Shown here: positions 59,846 through 64,000 of the stretch, piece by piece
Layout: each line of letters opens with the position of its first letter
How positions within the stretch are numbered: the stretch's first letter is position 1
Assembly: GCA_964405775.1 (NCBI GenBank)
Contig: CAYOPG010000001.1
Coordinates: 4,276-68,275 of the forward strand
Direction of reading: 5' to 3'
Length of the DNA: 64,000 nt
Source of the DNA: an uncultured Lentisphaerales bacterium
GTDB taxonomy: Bacteria > Verrucomicrobiota > Kiritimatiellia > RFP12 > UBA3636
Position numbers and translations under genes: made by a program
The notes under the pieces: model-generated
Told to the model about the DNA's origin: nothing
The model's input: the letters and a program-made list of their open reading frames with translations, nothing else
Database searches by the model: none

Positions 59846-60670
59846 ATGAAGGTAAAGTTTCTGATCCCGGGCACGTTCGCCATTTCCGCAGCAGCCATAG
59901 CCTTCGCTATGCCGAAACGATACGCGGATGAGATGCCGCAGTATGCCGGCGAGGATCTGTTCTCCCTGCTTTTCTCCGATGCACGGGCCTTGCTAGGAGA
60001 CTCGTTCATCAAAGTAAGCGACCGCTACTATCACGGCGGCATAGACATAAGCTACACGCTTCCGGATCATACGGACAAATTTTGCGAAGGCCACGACCAC
60101 GATACAGGAGATCACAACGGAGACGGACACACGCACCATCTCGACCAACCCGATTCACCGAGGCACAAATCAGGAAGCTCCAACTTTCCTGACCCCTGGG
60201 CATGGCTCAACGCTCGCATCCACGTGCAGGAACTCCGCCACCTTGAAGGAAGCGAACTAGTAGAAATAGTGCCATGGATATGGGCAGCGATTAAAGCAGA
60301 CCCGCATAACATCGACGCTTACGAAACAGGGTGGTACGTCATGGCAAAGATGCAGAAACGGCCGGAGGACGGGATGAAAATTCTCGAAGACGGCATCAAA
60401 AACAACCCAGAATCAATAAGTCTGGAAGTCACGCGGGGCCAAAGCCTGATTGGTGACATGAAAGACAATGTGGCTTCGGAGGCTGCTTTTCTGCTCGCCC
60501 GGGAAAAGGCGTTGAAAAAATGCGGAGGCCAGCCCGACAATCTCAGCGAAGAGGATGTATTGCTGCTGAGACGCGCGCTCAGCTACCTCATCCATTTTGC
60601 ATCGGAACGTGGCGACAAAGATGTCGAGATACAATACAAAACCGAGTTGGGAACTATAAGAAGCGAATGA
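59846..60670 (+). CDS. secreted hypothetical protein with His/Asp-rich segment
   Basis: Signal peptide MKVKFLIPGTFAISAAAIAFA. HDHDTGDHNGDGHTHH segment. Third gene of the ABC-2 operon. Confidence 0.5.
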   Translation: MKVKFLIPGTFAISAAAIAFAMPKRYADEMPQYAGEDLFSLLFSDARALLGDSFIKVSDRYYHGGIDISYTLPDHTDKFCEGHDHDTGDHNGDGHTHHLDQPDSPRHKSGSSNFPDPWAWLNARIHVQELRHLEGSELVEIVPWIWAAIKADPHNIDAYETGWYVMAKMQKRPEDGMKILEDGIKNNPESISLEVTRGQSLIGDMKDNVASEAAFLLAREKALKKCGGQPDNLSEEDVLLLRRALSYLIHFASERGDKDVEIQYKTELGTIRSE

Positions 60671-60729
60671 GCAGAATCTTCTGCTTGTGAAGAACCTCTG
60701 TATTAATTCTATCAATCCGCACTAAAGAA

Positions 60730-60768
60730 ATTAAAGCCGCTCAGGTGCACCGAGCGGCTTTAATTTAA
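60730..60768. terminator. bidirectional rho-independent terminator between convergent genes
   Basis: AAGCCGCTC-aggtgcacc-GAGCGGCTT perfect 9-bp stem. A-rich upstream flank and T-rich downstream flank. Confidence 0.7.
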
Positions 60769-60816
60769 TCCTGCAGATTCTCAGAAAAGCCAGAGAACCA
60801 GAGTGATCTCTCGAGG

Positions 60817-63618
60817 TTACTCTGCCTCGCCAGTTTCCTCCGCACCATTGTCGGTGTCGGCGGATTGCTCCGCTTCAGGAAGGTCGACAGCGGCTTCGTC
60901 TTTAGCAGCGATGACTGTGGCCGAGACTACTTTGTCGCCTTCTGCCACGTTCACAACTCTGACTCCTTTCGCTACGCGGCGCGTTTCACGAATTGAATCT
61001 ACGCTGGTGCGAATTGTCTGACCGAGCTCGGTTATCACGAGAATCGAATCGCCTTTCACCAGAGGGTCGTCGCCTTCATCGCTTGAATCCGCCCGGCAAA
61101 CTGATGCGGCGAAAACAACTTTGCCGTTACGGTCGCCCGTGTCGATCGATTTAACGCCCTTGCCACCACGACGGTGTACTGGGTAGTCGTCGAATTTGGA
61201 GCAGGTTCCATAACCATTCTCGACAAGCATAAGTATGCGGCATGAAGAAGAGTTGTCGACTTTTACAAGCGCGCGCAGCTCGTCCTTTTCTGAAACGTCG
61301 GCAGCGACCTCTACTGTTTCGCCGTCCTGATGCGGGGCGGAATCCGACTCGTCTTCCGAAACCGTGGTAACTCCCGCGAGCCTTATGCCCCTGACGCCAC
61401 GTGCAGCGCGGCCCATCGCACGCGCGTCCGAAGTTCTGAAACGAACCGTCTGACCATTGGCAGAAATCAGGATCACTTCGTCAGCATCTTCGACCAATTC
61501 GGCTCCGACGAGTTCATCGTCATCGTCGATCTTGATCGCTATGATACCCGCTTTGTGTACATTGCGGTATTCGCTTAAACGCGTTTTCTTGACAACTCCC
61601 TTCGCAGTGGCGAAGAAGATGTATTTGTTTTCGTCGAAATCATCGAACGAAATGATGCCAAGCACGCGCTCCGCAGGACGGGACGAAACTCCGCTGACTT
61701 CCTCGCCATCGCCTTCCCCTGTGCCATTGCCGTTTTGACCGTTGATTTTCTCCGCCTGAGCATCGGTGATTTCGGGGCGTAGCATGAGCAGGTTTACAAG
61801 CGGACGTCCAAAGGAAGTTCGTTCGGCCTCGGGAATGTTGTATGCTTTTTCAGTAAAGATACGTCCATGCGAGGTGAAGAACAACAGCCTGTCGTGCGTC
61901 ATCGGGGTGAAAAGGTTTATGACGAAGTCGCCATCCTTGAGCTTGGCGCCTTTTCTGCCTTTACCACCCCTGCCCTGTTCTTCGAAATCCGTCAGCGCGC
62001 CGCGTTTGATGTATCCGCGGTTGCTAAGAGTTACGACGCAGGGTTCATTGGGTATAATGTCTTCGAGATCGACTTCGCCTTCCGAGAATGTTATCTCTGT
62101 ACGACGTTTATCGCCATACTTCTCACTCAGCTCGGCGCAGTCGTTCTTGACGATGTCGAGTACGCGCTGAGGATTTGCCAGTATGTCCTTGTAGTCGGCG
62201 ATGCGGATCAGGATGGCCTGATACTCCGCCTCAACCTTGTCGCGAGCGAGACCGGTGAGCTGGCGCAGGCGCATATCGAGGATGGCCGTGCATTGGAGAT
62301 CACTCAGGCCAAACTGCGCGGTCATCTTCGCGCGTGCCTCAACATCGTCCGCAGAACTGCGTATGATCCGGACGATTTCGTCCATGTTGTCGATGGCGAT
62401 CCTGAAGCCCTCGAGAATGTGGCAGCGTTCCTCAGCTTTGCGAAGATCATACTTCGTACGGCGTGTAATAACCTCGATGCGGTGGTCAATGAAACAGCGC
62501 ATGAGCTGCTTCAGGTTCATAACCTTGGGGCGTCCATGGTCGAGTGCCAGCATGATGGCGCCAAATGTCGTCTGCAGCTGCGTGTGCTTATAAAGGAGGT
62601 TTAGGACCACCTGAGGCATCGCATCGCGCTTGAGCTCGATCACGACACGGATATCGGCCTTTGATTCGTCGCGGATATCCCGTATCCCTTCGATTACCTT
62701 GTCCTTGACGAGATTCGCCATGTTTTCAATCATGGCCGCCTTGTTCACGCCGTACGGCAGTTCGGTTATCAAGATCCGCGTATCGTTACCGTGTTCCACG
62801 ATTTCGGCACGGCCGCGCACGCGCATTGCGCCACGCCCTGTTTTGTACATCGACTCTATCGGGCGTGTGCCGCATATAATGCCGGCAGTCGGGAAGTCCG
62901 GCCCTTTCACGAACTTCATGAGCTCGTCGATAGTACACTGCGGATTGTCGACCATGTGTATTATGGCAGAGCAAATTTCGTTCAGGTTGTGCGACGGCAT
63001 GTTAGTCGCCATGCCGACCGCTATGCCGGTGGAGCCGTTGAGGAGGAGGTTGGGGATCTTAGAGGGCAGCACGAGAGGCTGCTGCAACGACTCGTCGTAG
63101 TTTGGCCCCATGTCCACTGTCTCTTTTTCAAGATCTTCGAGCATCGCCTCGGCCAGACGCTCCATGCGCACTTCCGTGTAACGCATCGCCGCGGCACCGT
63201 CGCCATCTATCGAGCCGAAGTTGCCATGGCCGTCGACAAGTGTGTAACGCATTGAGAACGGCTGTGCGAGACGTACGATTGTGTCGTAAATCGAAGCATC
63301 GCCGTGAGGGTGGTATTTACCCATGACTTCGCCGACCACACGCGCAGATTTCTTGTGGGGCTGCGAATGCGTGTTGTTCAGTTCGCTCATGGTATACAGG
63401 CAACGCCTGTGCACTGGCTTGAGACCGTCACGCGCATCTGGCAGCGCACGACCTACGATCACCGACATGGAGTAGTCGATGTAAGAGGTCTGCATCTCGT
63501 CTTCAATGCGTATTGGCGATAAGCCGGGTTCGACTTTGTCCGCCGAGTCCTGCATCGCCACTTCTACGGTGCTGGCAGGGGCAGTCTCCTCTTTTTTGAT
63601 CTCGTTATTGTCTTCCAT
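60817..63618 (-). CDS. gyrA: DNA gyrase subunit A
   Basis: 933 aa. Active-site region AAMRYTE. QRDR-like GDASIYD. C-terminal beta-pinwheel repeats. Confidence 0.95.
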   Translation of the reverse strand: MEDNNEIKKEETAPASTVEVAMQDSADKVEPGLSPIRIEDEMQTSYIDYSMSVIVGRALPDARDGLKPVHRRCLYTMSELNNTHSQPHKKSARVVGEVMGKYHPHGDASIYDTIVRLAQPFSMRYTLVDGHGNFGSIDGDGAAAMRYTEVRMERLAEAMLEDLEKETVDMGPNYDESLQQPLVLPSKIPNLLLNGSTGIAVGMATNMPSHNLNEICSAIIHMVDNPQCTIDELMKFVKGPDFPTAGIICGTRPIESMYKTGRGAMRVRGRAEIVEHGNDTRILITELPYGVNKAAMIENMANLVKDKVIEGIRDIRDESKADIRVVIELKRDAMPQVVLNLLYKHTQLQTTFGAIMLALDHGRPKVMNLKQLMRCFIDHRIEVITRRTKYDLRKAEERCHILEGFRIAIDNMDEIVRIIRSSADDVEARAKMTAQFGLSDLQCTAILDMRLRQLTGLARDKVEAEYQAILIRIADYKDILANPQRVLDIVKNDCAELSEKYGDKRRTEITFSEGEVDLEDIIPNEPCVVTLSNRGYIKRGALTDFEEQGRGGKGRKGAKLKDGDFVINLFTPMTHDRLLFFTSHGRIFTEKAYNIPEAERTSFGRPLVNLLMLRPEITDAQAEKINGQNGNGTGEGDGEEVSGVSSRPAERVLGIISFDDFDENKYIFFATAKGVVKKTRLSEYRNVHKAGIIAIKIDDDDELVGAELVEDADEVILISANGQTVRFRTSDARAMGRAARGVRGIRLAGVTTVSEDESDSAPHQDGETVEVAADVSEKDELRALVKVDNSSSCRILMLVENGYGTCSKFDDYPVHRRGGKGVKSIDTGDRNGKVVFAASVCRADSSDEGDDPLVKGDSILVITELGQTIRTSVDSIRETRRVAKGVRVVNVAEGDKVVSATVIAAKDEAAVDLPEAEQSADTDNGAEETGEAE

Positions 63619-63661
63619 ATTATGAAATCTTTCTCTCTGAAATTGAAAATTCCCGAATCAG

Positions 63662-64000
63662 TTAGATATCGAGGTTGCCTACCATCAACGCGTGATCTTC
63701 GATGAATTTGCGACGCGGTCCAACTTCGTCGCCCATCAGCATTGAGAATATCTTATCAGCCTCCACAGCGTCCTCGAGCACAACCTTCAACATCTTCCTG
63801 TTCTTATGGTCCATAGTGGTTTCGAAGAGCTGATCGGCATCCATTTCACCTAGACCTTTATAACGCTGAACGGTAAGTCCCTTGCGGCCGCGTTCACGCA
63901 CTGAGTTGAGCAGTTCCACGAGAGACGTCATTTGCTTTTCGGAGTCGGACGCTGTCTTCTGTGCGCCGGATGTCACATCCTTCAGCGTCCCGATCGGACC
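63662..64000 (-). CDS. gyrB: DNA gyrase subunit B, 3' end (gene runs off the window)
   Basis: C-terminal ...[32 protein letters not shown]...[10 protein letters not shown]. Confidence 0.9.
   Translation of the reverse strand, partial: GPIGTLKDVTSGAQKTASDSEKQMTSLVELLNSVRERGRKGLTVQRYKGLGEMDADQLFETTMDHKNRKMLKVVLEDAVEADKIFSMLMGDEVGPRRKFIEDHALMVGNLDI

Noticed and set aside
61867-63255. Plus-strand ORFs (245, 156, 154 aa) inside gyrA
   Set aside because: Antisense to gyrA, among the most confidently identified genes here.

Overview
This 64 kb window is gene-dense chromosomal DNA from a diderm (Gram-negative-type) bacterium. GC content is roughly 55-58%, coding density is about 90%, and many gene pairs have 4-nt overlapping start and stop codons.

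Most of the content is housekeeping or metabolic:
- hflX (5' partial, minus strand) and glycogen genes glgP-glgA.
- feoA-feoB.
- A four-gene polyamine operon: fold-I Orn/Lys/Arg decarboxylase, speE, a speB-like ureohydrolase, and a carboxy(nor)spermidine-dehydrogenase-like saccharopine dehydrogenase.
- A polyphosphate module ppx/gppA-ppk1 followed by a 6-phosphofructokinase that carries a PPi-type signature.
- An MBOAT plus DHHW (AlgX/AlgJ-like) O-acyltransferase pair.
- A recD-like helicase, lemA plus an M48 protease, two tandem DegT-family aminotransferases with a BadF-type sugar kinase and a SIS protein.
- miaA, radC, dtd, a GNAT, manC, nadB, a PhoR-like kinase with an orphan pstS, nfo, yraN, an FHA/sigma-54 activator, and an EF-P paralog (YeiP/EfpL type).
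- exbB-exbD-tonB with a divergent TonB-dependent receptor, an ABC-2 exporter, and gyrA plus the 3' end of gyrB.

I found no rRNA, tRNA, CRISPR array, IS element or integrase. I also found no canonical defence operon and cannot confidently identify a complete undescribed system in this window. The best candidates for something new are listed here.
- A membrane-spanning protein with a degenerate kinase domain and extracytoplasmic Sel1 repeats.
- A two-gene operon encoding a six-TM protein with two DUF3592 modules and a C-terminal beta-sandwich, followed by a small paralogous beta-sandwich protein whose start overlaps the big gene's stop.
- The mixed-pathway polyamine operon, with a phased GAATTAAC repeat array and a perfect palindrome in its promoter.
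- A rearrangement scar between nadB and the histidine kinase, holding the last 34 codons of an outer-membrane protein gene with its terminator.
- A single-repeat UPF0016 transporter abutted by a small HNH gene.

All calls were made by eye from the six-frame ORF track and motif recognition. No database searches were run.
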